DNA of 64,000 nt from Geosiphon pyriformis uo1 (lineage: Eukaryota > Fungi > Glomeromycota), in contig JAAOMT010000761.1 in NCBI GenBank assembly GCA_016748015.1, positions 49,331 through 113,330 of the forward strand. Direction: 5' to 3'. The notes under the pieces were generated by a model that saw only the letters and a program-made list of their open reading frames with translations, was not told the DNA's origin and did no database searches. The position numbers and the translations under genes were made by a program. This document shows, in pieces, positions 13,179 to 25,488 of the stretch (position 1 is its first letter; the number at the start of each line of letters is the position of its first letter).

Positions 13179-13761
13179 TAGATCTGGTTTGGAAAATTGC
13201 AACATGCAATGTTCATGGTATTAATGTCTCTGCCAAGCAGAAAGACGTTGTTTGTTGGCATGTAGATTCTGGAAGTATGGTTTCTATTGTTATGAAAACA
13301 AAGTTGAGATCCAATGCTAGGCCTTAAATTATGAATAAGTTTGATGAAGTGAGGATATTCTCTTCTGGTTTGGACAAAGGGTTTCTTAATACTGGAGTGG
13401 CAATCATTATAAACAATTCTCTTGCATGTCATGTGTCTAAGGTTGAGAAGATTTTTAGTCATCTTGTTTTTGTTTGGCTTCTTTTCAAGAGCAAGTTGTC
13501 AGTAGTGTTTTTGGGTCTATATGTAGATGCTTCTGCTGAAACCAGATTCGACCAAGCTTGCAAAATCAACTCTCTTATTGCTAAGACTGCTAACTCCTCC
13601 ATGTTTATGGTTCTGGACACTGATTTTAATGAGAATGGATATAAAAAGAGTGCTAGTTTTAAGTTCTTCTTGGATTTGGGATTGGTCAACTCTTTTAGTA
13701 GACACCTTCTAATCAAAGCTTTCACTTGGGGCAATTTTCAAGATGCCATAAAGGTTATCAA

Positions 13762-14646
13762 TATTACTCATAAAAAAAAAACAGATATAAAGAAAATAGT
13801 AGACCAATAAGTAAATAGTATGTAGTATGTGAGCACATTGCTCAGTAATGTAGAGCAATGATAAAAATCATGGCACATTGCTTAGCAATGTGGAGCAATA
13901 TTAGAAAACACAGCACATCGCTTAACAATGTGAAGTGATATTAGAAAATGAGAGCACATCACTTAATAATGTAAGCATTGCTCAAAAAATTATAACACAT
14001 CACTCGGGAATGTGAGCAATCTTGTAGAACATCAATTATGTATATATAGTGGTAGCATTAGAAGTAGAAAGAGCAGAATCTATCAGTTAGAAACCTTTCA
14101 CATTACCAATATCAATAAATAATTATTTGCCATCTCAATTCACTCTCCACTATCAACACTTCATGTTGATAGTAATTGCTACTTAACTCCACTGGAACAA
14201 TAGCTCTTGATTACAGCTATTAATGGATACTAACTTGTACATTGCCTTGGCTCATTTTTTTATTCTTCTTTTATTTTTATTTTTTCTTTTCTTTGATTTT
14301 ATTGTTGTATATTAATTGATTAAAAATTAAAGCACTGAGTAATTGACATCATGGACAGTCTGGTAAAAGACCCAGAAATAAGGGTAGAATTATATATATT
14401 AATGGATAGCTTACCAGAAGGGCATGACTGCCAGAATAAATTGGCCACCAAGCTGAAGACAGAAATTGGGAAAACAACTCAACAACCAACTACATCACTG
14501 TTGAATTTCTGTCCATTATACAAAGAACTCCACAACAAAATCTTCAGATAAAACAACACTTTCAGATATCCCTAACATTATATCAATTGAGCACCAAGTT
14601 ACAGGTTTGTTATTTGCTTTGAGACCCCAAATAATCATTTGTAACA
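13762..14646 (+). mobile_element. Solo LTR (A-type, 885 bp) with 4-bp TSD TCAA/TCGA
   Basis: Starts T(G>A)TTACTCATAAAA, ends TGTAACA; homologous to LTR 23946-24785. Excision restores AAG GTT ATC GAT TAT ATT TTT (KVIDYIF) of the LINE endonuclease. Confidence 0.95.
13834..14020 (+). repeat. U3 tandem array, 5 x 40-41 bp, each with palindrome CACATTGC-NNN-GCAATGTG
   Basis: Units start at 13834, 13874, 13914, 13955, 13996; best copy CACATTGCTTAGCAATGTG. Confidence 0.85.
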
Positions 14647-17600
14647 TCGATTATATTTTTATAAGCAAGAGTTTGTCATCTGTATTGGCTGGTTATGAAG
14701 TTACCCCTGTCTCTGATTTTTTTGACACTAATCATAATGCTGTTTTAGTCTCAGTTGGTTTGGGTGGTCTTTTGGATGCCCAGCTCAATGACAAGCATAA
14801 GCAGGCCAATAAAGATAAGTAAAAATTCAAGATCAAAAATACAGATGCTAATAAGTGGGCACAATTTAGAGAACATTTATTGAACAAGTTCTTGAAATAT
14901 ATAGATATGTTCAATGATGCAAAGATTACTAAAAATTTGGATGCTATATGAAAGATCCTTAGGAAAGTGGTTACAAACTCAACTGATAGTGTGTTTTTTA
15001 GACATTGGTTTAGTGAGTTTGATTGTCTGAAAAATAAGCAGTCTTTAAAGTTCTTTAGGCTAGAATTGTTAATGGCCAAGTTGGTAAAATATTTAAGCTC
15101 AGATTAAAAGTCAAAAACTGTTTGCCTTTTTAAAGTATGGTCTACTTTTGATAATAAGGGGACATCCAAAGTATGCACAATGTTTGATAATAGTGAGAGT
15201 AAGAAAAGCATTTTTCTACACCTATAAAAAGTCAAAAAATTGTACCAAAAGTCCAAATACTATAAGTTTAAGGTGGCCAGAGACATTTCAATCAAAAAAA
15301 CAATAAACAGGCACATAGAAATCTTCAGTTCCAATAAAGAACATATGATCAAAAGTGTTTTAAACCAACTATTTAAGAAAGTTGTGCTGGATTATCTAAT
15401 AGTAGATAATGAGTTGATTTTAGAATTCAAAGAAGTTAAATCTGCTGTTAATAATATCATGGAAGGATGGATAAGAAAACAGATTGCTCTTATCTCTCTG
15501 TCTGTTCATTGGTCTAATTAATATGCCCCCTTGGATTATGTCAGTAATAATACATTCTCAAATGTCATAGATGTGATTGGATCAGATGAGTTTCTCCTGG
15601 TGGTCAAAAAACTGTCCAATGGAAAAGCTGCTGGCATTTCTGGTATTTCTAATAAGCTATAGAAGCATAGAAATGTTCAGATTCTGGGTGGTTTATTGGA
15701 TGTTCTCAATATGTGTTTGGAGGTGAATGCAGTTTCTTTACAGTGAAGGCAAGTCTGGATCTCTATAATACCGAAACCATATAACTGGAAGGGAACATTC
15801 ATCAATACCAAACCTATAGCTTTAGTTAAAACAGCCAGGAAGATACTGTTGAAGGTTTTTTCTGACAGGATATCTCTGACATGCAGTAAATTTAATGTCC
15901 TTTGTGGTAATAATTTCTCAGTTTTGAAGAGTATGTCTACTTAAACTCCAATTTTTACCATTGGCTCTATCATTGAAAATGTATTTGAAAAGAATAGGAA
16001 GCTATGGCTGGTACTTCAAAATATATAAAAGGCTTACGACTCAGTCAGATGGTCCCATTTGTGGAACAGTTTAGTTAGGATCAAAATGTGTTTCCATTTT
16101 ATTAAATTTTTTGGAAACATATACAATGATTGGACCAACTAGGTGATGACAGACTTTGGACTCATTAATGAATATACTGTTTATGATGGGTTAGATCAAG
16201 GGAAAGTTTTCTTGCCATTGCTGTAAAGAATCTTCTATGATCTTCTGCTTTGTAAGATTAAAAAGCATGAGCAATTGTATAGATATAAGTTGAATTCGAA
16301 TAATTTCACTATGACTGGTAGAGCTGACCCTAAGGGTGATAAAACTTCTTTTTTTGCAGCTGGCACTTTTGTGAATGATACCATTTAGATTGGGAACTGT
16401 CTGGTGGCTACACAGCACATTTTGGGCATTGCAAGTAATTTTTTCTTAATCAATGACATTGCTATTTAGACAAAACAGTTGCTATTCTTATTAATCAAGG
16501 GTCCAGAGAGATTTTATTGTCTATTAGTGGTTTTAAAATCTCTATTGCCAAAAAAGGTGAGTCCTACTAATACTTAGAGATTTTTTTTTCTATGGATGAC
16601 TTGTCTAAGCCGAGTTTGGCCAAAGCTCATTCAGATATCAGGTTTTTTTCAAATGTGGTTTTAAGAAAAGCCATCATTGAAAAGCAGTTTCTATATTTGG
16701 TTTCTGCTGTTTTGTAGCCCATAATTGGATATAGATTGCAGTTCAACTGTATTTCCAAGGGTGTATGTAAGAAGTGGGACAAAATGTTGAGAAATAGTTT
16801 GAAGCTCAAGGCCAATCTGTCCAACAATTTTCCAAATGAGCTTTGTATCATCCAGAGCTATATGGTTTAAGAACTTTTGAGCAAGTATTGGCTGAAAATC
16901 TGTTGGCTGGCCTGGTTAAATTCACTAATGCTGACAAAATTCTTGGTAAATTATTCGAACACAGAGCCATAGAGTTGTAGGCTGCTAGCTGGATATCCCA
17001 GCACTCTCTTAAATTTCCAATTAAGTTGTTGGTTAATTTTGTAAATTGCTTTTTGGCTGGCACAACACATGCTCTCAAACTGTGCAATCTATCATTGGGC
17101 AGTAATTTGCCTGATGTTTTTTGGGCTGGAAATAGTATTGCAGTCTTAGATGTGCTCAGTTTGGAGTCTTATTTGGGCATAGTGAAGTCTCTTAAAAGAT
17201 ATGGTATGGTGTTTGTAAACTAGCTTCTGAACCACCATGGTAAGTGTTTTGTGTAGAACACTTTTCGCAGATAGAAGAAGCTGGACTTTAGAGGCCCAGT
17301 TTCTGTCTGGTTTGCTTCTTTGGTTAAATTTATCATTGAAAGTGGCTTGTCAAATAGTGTGATGTTGTTTCTTCATTCCATTCTTGTTGACTCTTCTTGT
17401 GACTTTGGTTATGTTGGTAAGTGTTTGCTAAATTTTGGGTTGGACTCTATAACTGTCTATACAGATGGTTCTATTAAAAATTTGGGTTTGTTACATGCTT
17501 GTAATAGTGCTACTGCCTATTTTCCAAATGTGAACACTAGTGTTGGAGTTAAGATAGATGGGTTGTTGTTGTCAACTCTAGTAGAAATACAGGCCATTGC

Positions 17601-19134
17601 ACTTGCTTTGGAGTGTGTGCCCACTTTTTGATCAGTTGACTTATATATAAACAGCCAAGCTTTGTTGGACTTATGTAAATCTGCTGGTAGTATGGCTGGT
17701 CCTGACTTTCACAATAAATGCTGGATCGAAAAAAAACATATTTATCATGTTATTGCAAAAAAAGGTTTGTTGGTTACATGGAATAAGGTCAAAGACCATT
17801 CTGGTGTTATTAAAAATGAACGTGCTGATTTTTATGCTAATGCAACTGTTACATCAAAGTCTTTCCTGTCTATTGTGGTATCTTATCACTTTCTTGTTGT
17901 TGAAGGCAGATCTGTTTCTGGAAATGCTTATCATGTTGCCAAAAATTATTCAATGCTGTTTACTCTGTTGGTTGGGAGGCCAAATGTGTTAATAGTATTA
18001 TTAGTGTGGGTCTCGGTGACCATTTTGATAAAGCCAGAACCTTTTATGATTGGCATCTTGATGGCAGAATCAGATCTGGTTATACTAGCACTGCATTGGT
18101 GACACTTCAGTTATACTTTATGAAGACATTCTATTATCGCTTGCCTATGGCCAAAAGAAAAAAAATGTATAATTCAAATTATCTGAGTGTTGCCTGCATT
18201 TAGTGTGGTTTAGTAAAGAACTCTGATCACATTTTTTCTTACAGTTATGATGTTAATATTAGGGATACTTTATTGTCTAATGTTACTTTGGAGTAGAATA
18301 TGTTGCTAAGTGCTTTTGCCAATAGAAATGCAGTCATTAATTCGCTAAATAAAGCTGCTTCTTCTATAGACTTGTTTACAGTGCTGGCTAAGAGTTTTGT
18401 GCTAAAGAATTGGGTGGTTGACACATTGGGCCATTTAAGTACTAACTCTGATAGAAGTGTGTTGGTTGTCAATTTCATTTGTTATTTTGTTGAGAGTCAC
18501 AGGTCTGCCATTTGGCTGCCAGCAGTTAAGTTGAGGACCTATTATGAAAAATATAATTTCCTGCACATAATGGATTGTCTATTTTTTCGATGTCTGGTTT
18601 GTTTTCTTTATGATCTACTGGAATAATCTGGAATTTCAGTTTCAGGCTAGATATCCTGTGTGTTTTGAATTGTATTCATGTCTAACCAGATTAGATTTTG
18701 GTTTTCTGTGTAATGTTTTTATGGTGGAAAATTTAGGTGTATAGTGCTGCCTTGATTGGCCCAAATGGCTGGTCATGTGTAAAAAAGGCATAAGCCACAC
18801 TTAATTTAAATTATAATGATCTATGTATTTAGGTAGTAGTTGGGCTGCATTCATAAAACTTCTAATAAAAAAAAAATATATTTTTTTATTTAATAAATTA
18901 CAAAAACAAGCAATTGCTTCTTAAACTAATTTTAACAATACAAATTAAGAAAAATAAAATAAAATATGTAAATACCAATAAGTAATTTTTATTCTAAGAT
19001 ATTTAGATACTTAAAGATAGAAAAAAAAAATAAGTAATATAAAAGAAATTAATTAATAATAAGTTTTATTTTGTTATTTTGATCATATTTTTATATAGTT
19101 AAGAGATTCATTACTTATATAATTATTAAAAGTA

Positions 19135-19250
19135 GTTAACAATTAGGTTATTAATTAGGTCAACAATTAAATTATTAATCAAGTTAATAATTAAGTTAAT
19201 AGTTAAGTTATTAATTAAGTTAATAATTAAGTCAATAATTAAATCATTAA
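19135..19250. repeat. 12-bp tandem array (~9 copies, GGTCAATAATTA-like) in the O1 LTR
   Basis: Repeating RGTYAWTAATTA-like units; the O2 LTR has about 4 copies at ~23478-23525. Confidence 0.7.
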
Positions 19251-19349
19251 TTACTATTTAAAAATAAGGTGGCTAATTATATAACATTAATGACTAATAT
19301 ATGTAATAACTAATAAAAACTATGAGTTTTAATTATAATATCATTCTTT

Positions 19350-19905
19350 TTAAAGAAATTAAGCTTCAACAAAATCAAACTATTTATAAAATATTTTAAT
19401 TGAAAAGTTTTTTTAGCTTAAAACTAACTAGTTTATTAAAGTATTTTATAGATAAAGTATATAATATTTGAAATAAAATAAGTTTTATGTTCAAAAAACC
19501 AAATCTTTGTATAAGAGTTTTGGCTTTTTTTGCAATAGTCAAAACTTTTAAAACATCTAATTATATAATGTCCAAAATTTCTATTTGTATCTTTAAAGTT
19601 GTTTTTTTTAAGAGTTTTATATCTTTTATAACTTTATCAAATCAAACATAAAGCTTTAGTTGTCTTTTATATAATAAGTTTTTGTTTATGAGCAAATTTT
19701 TTTTAATTGTTTTTTCAAGTATATTAAAAGATAATAATATGGTTGTTATTATGCTTTTAAGTATATATTTATTAATTTTATTACTAATTTTTTTTCTTTT
19801 GATAATGGTTTTTTTTGGTTTAATAATAGTATGTATTTTACTATTATCAATTATGGTGGTTTGTTTTTCAATAGTCAAAGTAGCATTTGAATAATTTTTA
19901 GTCAA
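19350..19905 (-). pseudogene. O1 ORF3 (env-position gene), decayed
   Basis: ORF 19642-19905 ends YKRQLKLY, matching O2 ORF3; terminates in a decayed DFAGAQ-type sequence before the PPT/LTR. Confidence 0.6.
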
Positions 19906-22900
19906 ATATTTATAAAATGTATAAAAAGTATTTTGAATATTTTAATTCAGAAAATAATTGTTTATATCAATTGAAAATATCTCTGTTTTGGGAATAGTAT
20001 ATTTATTTATATCTGATTTTTGTTAATTATTTGGGCTGGTATTATTATAACAAGTAACTAATTAGGTTATTTGTGATATTTTTTGAATTACATGTCATAA
20101 ATAAAGTGATTATTAAAAATTATTTTATATTAATTTTGTAAAATATAAAAACTATTGTTAGCTATAAAAAATTCTTTTTATTGATTAAAAAATTTATTAT
20201 CATAAACATTGTTTCTGTTTAAATAATATTTTAAAACTAAATTACTAATATTTAAGAAAAATGTTTTATAAGTTTTTTTTTTCTTAAGCTTTTTTTAAAA
20301 CCATTTTATCTTTTCAATGGCAATTATTTATGCTTTTACTAAGAAGTTAAGAATAATATCAAGTTTTTTTACAAAATGTTTTTATAATTTTTTATTATAA
20401 TTTTTTTAAAAAATATTGTTTTAATATCTGTTTCTATTGGCAAAGTTGCTATTTGTTTATAAAACAGATAAAAAAATTTATAACTTATTATATTATAATT
20501 TACAGTTTTATAAACAAATAAGACTAAAAACAATATTTTGTTTTATAGATTAGTTTTTTTACTGGTTTTGGTTAAGGTTTTATATAGTGTTCTATTAAAA
20601 TATTTTACTAAGCTATTTGATTAAAAATAATAAAAAGAAAAGAATTTATGTCATATTCTTATTTTTCTACAAAGTTTTTTAATTAGTGTACTAAGAAAAG
20701 CTCTTTTTTTATTAGATAAAAATTTTTTTAGACAGCCATAGTAACAAATAATATCTTTATAAATAAAATTGGCTATTAAAACTGTTGTTTAATTTGAAGT
20801 AGTTTTTGTTTTTATCTATTTTGTAAAATAGTTAGTAATTGTGATAATATATTTATTGTTATTAAGAGTTATTATTAAAAATTTAATAATATCTATATTA
20901 ATTCTGTTAAATAGTTGATTAACAGAAATTGAATAAATATCTTTTTTGTGATTGAGTTTTTTTTTTTTTGGCAAATATTTTAAGTTTTGATGAAATCAAA
21001 AATATTTTTTTCTAAAGTAGGTTAATAATAATAAACAAGTGTTTTCTAGATTGTTTTTGTTTTTTCAAAGTGTTCAACTAATAGATTAGTGTACATATTA
21101 TAAATCATAATTTCTCTTTTTTCAAATTTAATAATTCTTTGGAAGTAATCAAAATTTTTTTTATTTCTTTTGTATAGTTGGTTCTGGTGAATTAAATAAA
21201 AATTTGATTGTTTTTGTAAATATTTTTTTTGCTATTAAGTGTAATCTAATAGATATTATTTTTTATTCAAAAGTTCTATTAAAACAGAGTAATTATTTAA
21301 GTCTATTATTGTATTTAGTTAAGGTAAAATTACTAATAATTATGTTGGTTTGGTTTGTAAAAATTGTACTATTATTGAATAATAAGTCTAAAAAAAGCAT
21401 TAATGTTTTAATAAATTGCTTCTTTATAATATTGTATATTATAATCGAATTTATTCAAATAGAGTATTTAGTAAGTTATTTATTTGTGTTTTAGCTTTTT
21501 TTTTTTGTGCAATTAAATCAAAGCTTGATAATTTGTTATTATTAAGAATTTGGCACCAAGAAAATATTTATTCCAATAACTATACTACTGCCAAATATTT
21601 CTGTTTAATAACTAAGTAGTTTTGTTCTGCTGAAGAAAGTGATTGATTAGAATAAACTATAATATGTTCTTTGTTATTTTTATCTTTTTGAAAAAAAACA
21701 GTACCAAGTTCAAAACCAGATATATTAATATGAAGAATAAAAAATTAATTCAGATTAAGTTGCATAAAAATTGGTTTAGTAACTAGTTTTTTTTTTAGAG
21801 TTTCAAAAACTTTTTGTTAATATGTGCTTCAATAATAATTAACAGTTTTTTTAAATAGTTAATTGAAAAAAAAAGCAATTTTAGAGAAATTTTTAACAAA
21901 CTTTTGATAATAAAAAACTAAACCAAAGAAAGAACATAGTTCATAAATATTCATTAATTGTTTAATGTTTTGGACTTTTTTAATCTTGGTTGAATTAAAA
22001 AAAAATTTATTTTTTATAATAAAATAACCAAGAAACTGAATAGATTAACATCTAAAAAAAATTTAATTAGATTAATCTTAAGACCAATATTTCTAAGCAG
22101 ATCAAAAATTTTTGTAGATGTTCAAAGTATTTATTTCAGATTTTTGAATATACTATTATGTTATTTAAATAAACTAAAACAAAGCTTTTTTTTACTAATT
22201 TAAATACTTTGTCTATTAAGCATTGAAAAATGAAAAGAGCATTAATAAGACCAAAAGGCATAACTGTAAATTTGTAAATACAATATTTGATAATAAAAGC
22301 AGTTTTTTTTCTGCTTTTTGGATTCCATTTTACTTGTCAGAATTCAGAATTAGATTAATAGTTAAGAAGAAAACAGCATTATTAAATTGGTTTAATATTG
22401 CATTAATCTTAAAAAATAGATACATGTTTTTTTTAATAATAGAATTTAATTAGCAGTAATCAATACAAAAACATAAAGTTCTACCTTTTTTAGATACTAC
22501 TATAACTAAAGAGACTTATTTACTTTTGATTTTTTGTTTAAATTCAAAGTTTTTTATCTGATTTATTTTTTTTCTTAATAAATTTATTATTGTAATAATT
22601 GAACTAATAAGACTTTAAATAAATAAAACAAGTTTTTTTGGTGATAATAATATGTTGTATTATATAAATTTGTCTAAAAATATTATCTTTTTTTGATATT
22701 ACTAAACTGTTTCTAATCAACAGATTTTCAATCTTCATTTTTTTTTAAGAAAAGTTTTTTTTATTTCATTACTAATAATTATATGTTAAGCAGTTTATTT
22801 TCAAAAAACTTCTGTATTTTTTTATTTTTTTTTAAATATTAAGCTAATAAGTTCTTAATCTTTGTAATAAATTAGGCAAGACTTGTATTAATTACTAAAA

Positions 22901-22945
22901 AAATACAATAATTTATTATATTAGCATTAGATATAAGAATTATAT

Positions 22946-23945
22946 TATTATGAGTTAGAGTAATAAGTTAACGGATAACAAGGAAGAACAGAATTATAGG
23001 GTAATAAAAGAAATCAAAGAGAATTTAACTTCAAAGAGCAAATTGAATAAGTATAGATTCAATATGTAAAATCAGTCTCATAAAATATCTCAGTCACTAT
23101 ACTTTTTAAAAGATAACTAGAAAATCTGAAGGTAAAGAGATAATCCATACTGTCAACAAATAATCACACACTAGTATAATTCTATGTCTTATATTAGCAC
23201 TTTTAGAATTCAATATCAAATATCAAATGTACTCTTTAGTCATGTTTTATTCAATAATTTTCAAATGCTTCAATTATATATTTCAGAAAAAAAGTAGATA
23301 AATGCCAACAAGTAATCTTTTATTCCAAAATGTTCAGATACTTGAAGATAGAGAAAGAGAAATTAGTGATAAAAAAATAATTAAGATGAAAGTTGTTATT
23401 TTATTTATTTTTTTTCTTTGATTTTTATATGCTTTTCTATAGTTAAGAGATTCATTACTTATATAGTTATCAAAAATGGTCAATAATTAAGTCAATAATC
23501 AGGTCATTAATTAGGTCAATAATTATTATCTAAAAATAGGGTAGCTAATTATATAACATTAGTGGCTAATACATGTAATAATTAATAAGAAGTATAAGTT
23601 TCAACTATAATATTATCTTCTTCAAAGAGATTGAGCTCCAGCAAAATCAAGCTATTCATAGTATAATCTATTTAAAAAGTTTTATCTAATTTAAAACTAA
23701 CTAGTTTGTTGAAGTTTTTTGTAGATAAGATATATAATACTTAAGACAAAATAAGTTTTGTATCCAAAAGACCAAATCTTTATATTAGAGTTTTAGCTCT
23801 TTTAGCAATAGTTAAAACTCTTAGAACATCTAGCCGTATAATGTCCAAAATTTCTGTCTGTATCTTTGAAGTTGTTTTCTTCAAGAGTTTTATATCTTTT
23901 ATGATTTTACCAAGACAACCATAGAGTTCTAATTGCCTTTTATAT
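22946..23945 (-). mobile_element. O2: 3' LTR (22946-23612), PPT and 3' half of ORF3 of a younger O-family element nested in O1; interrupted by A
   Basis: Minus strand reads YKRQLELYGCLGK...IAKRAKTLI*RFG...DFAGAQSL* AGAAGAT AA T(G>A)TTATAG...; homologous to the O1 segments but less AT-shifted. Confidence 0.8.
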
Positions 23946-24785
23946 TGTTACAGGTAATTATTTGGGGTCTCAAGTCAAATAACAAATCTATAACATAGTG
24001 CTCAATTGGTATATTGATTTTGGTTTCTGAAAGTTGTTTGTATTGGAAGATTTTTGTTGAGTTCTTTGTATAATAGACAGAGATTCAATTGTTGTTTCAG
24101 TAGCTTCCCAGAATTGCAATTCTGTCAAATTTTTTTCTCAGCATGGTAATCAGTAATCTTCCTGGTAAGCTATCCTCAATTATGAGTGTTCTACTCTTGT
24201 TTCACGAGTTTTTTACCAGTTTTTATGATGTCTATAACTTAGTGCTTTAATCATTTTAATCAATTAGTACAACAAAAAGAAATAACAAAGAAAAATAAAA
24301 GAAAGTAAAAGAAAATAAAGAAATAAGCCAAGACAATTGTAAGTTAGTATTCTGTCAATAGCCATAATCAAGAGCTATTGTTCCAGTATGGTTAAATATC
24401 AATTTCTATCAACATAAAGTGTTGATAGTAAAGTGGATTTGGAATAGTGAATAATTATTTATTAATATTTGTGATGTGAAGGGTTGCTTAGATAAAATCT
24501 AAACTGAGATGTCTGTTTTTTTTTCTTCTAATATTATCACTATATATACATAATTTATGTTCTATGAGATCACTCATATTTCTAAGCAATGTGTTATAAT
24601 TTCTTGAACAATGCTTACATTGCTAAGCAATGTGCCCTAATTTTTTAATATTGTTCCATATTGCTGAACAATATACCATAATTTCTGATATTGTTTTACA
24701 TTGCTGAGCAATATGCTTATGTATTAATTACTACTCTCTTATTGGTCTACTATTTTTCTATATTTGTTTTTTTTTATGAGTAATA
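23946..24785 (-). repeat. A 3' LTR (840 bp)
   Basis: Minus strand T(G>A)TTACTCATAAAA...CCTGTAACA, preceded by PPT AAAGAGAAGAT-AA; CACATTGC palindrome array at ~24570-24720. Confidence 0.92.
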
Positions 24786-24798
24786 TTATCTTCTCTTT

Positions 24799-25434
24799 TT
24801 AATATTGAGCTCTATCAAAATTCTCATTTTGAATTATGTTAAATACTTCTTTTTCAAGTAGCATCTGTTTTACTTTACTTTTTATTTCTTCAATTTGTGA
24901 GTTGTTTATTCTTCTTTATTGGTTGATGGTTATTGTTTCTATGTCAGAGTGTAACAATACTTCTGGGTAGTTTTGAAATATAGTATATAGTCAATAAATA
25001 GTCCTGATATATAATATCAAGTTTGTTTTCTTTTCAATAATGTTTTTAATGTTCCAGATTATTTTTTGGTTAAAGATTCTTTTGGATTTGTTAAGATATA
25101 ATTTCTGAATATCTACTTTTCATCCCAGTTGATAGTAGTAGTAAGGTATTGAAAATTGGTCTATCCATTTGTTCCAATTTTTTTTTGCCAGTTTTTTTGT
25201 TGAAACCATGATAGTTATCTTCCCAAAAGTGTTCTTTACTTTCTCAACTATTTTATCTGTTCAGTTTATTGATTGTTTTTGTGATTGCTGGTATGGTGTA
25301 TTTTTCCATTTTTGTTTGGTGTTTCAATAACAGATTGTTTGGTTGTTAATAATAATTTCTATGTTTACTTGCTGTTAACTTAAAGTCTAAAACAATTATT
25401 GAGCTAAAGTATAAATATAGTCTGGTATTTCTAT
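24799..25434 (-). pseudogene. A ORF3 (env-position, unknown function)
   Basis: (M>I)EIPDYIYTLAQ*LF...IIINNQTICY...YYQLG...FDRAQY*. Confidence 0.8.
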
Positions 25435-25488
25435 TTTTTTTTGTTGCTTTTGTTGTGTATATTGTGTTTTTATATATTTTTTGGTTGT

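Larger units (their letters stand above)
13175..18744 (+). pseudogene. LINE-2 ORF2 (APE-RT-RNaseH-Cys/His), split by solo LTR at 13762-14646
   Basis: WKIATCNVHG, TDFNE, VIDYIF (restored by removing the LTR), KAAGISG, KPIALV, KAYDSV, GLDQG, FVNDT, VYTDGS, WNKVKDHSG..NERAD, CI*CG...SDHIF. Confidence 0.92.
11200..18876 (+). mobile_element. LINE-2: full-length degenerate non-LTR retrotransposon, inserted in the O1 LTR and itself interrupted by a solo LTR
   Basis: Same architecture as LINE-1; A-tail at ~18866-18876; flanks rejoin to match the O2 LTR. 5' boundary approximate. Confidence 0.9.
10918..22945 (-). mobile_element. O1: old, heavily decayed Ty3/gypsy element (3' LTR split by LINE-2; ORF3, IN, RNaseH, RT; 5' part cut off by O2)
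   Basis: 10918-~11200 plus ~18880-19340 align with the O2 LTR (22946-23612). Minus-strand relics: integrase SNSLVKYFNRT (~20590-20700), RNaseH FILHINISGFELGTV...SLSSAEQNY (~21560-21745), RT RTLCFCIDYC (~22420-22520). Confidence 0.75.

Noticed and set aside
13834-14020. CRISPR-like array of palindromic repeats
   Set aside because: Spacers are homologous to each other, the array lies inside an LTR with a second copy in A, the context is eukaryotic and no cas genes are present.
14351-14551. 66-aa ORF inside the LTR U5 (MDSLVKDP...) as a conserved gene
   Set aside because: Open in the solo LTR and D, but conserved nucleotide blocks fall in different frames in C and the 3' ends differ in frame; more likely cis/RNA conservation on a stop-poor strand.
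19682-22453. Hydrophobic ORFs 19682-19894, 21204-21494, 21416-21619, 22223-22453 as membrane proteins
   Set aside because: Antisense shadows of the AT-shifted O1 element; the I/L/F richness is compositional.
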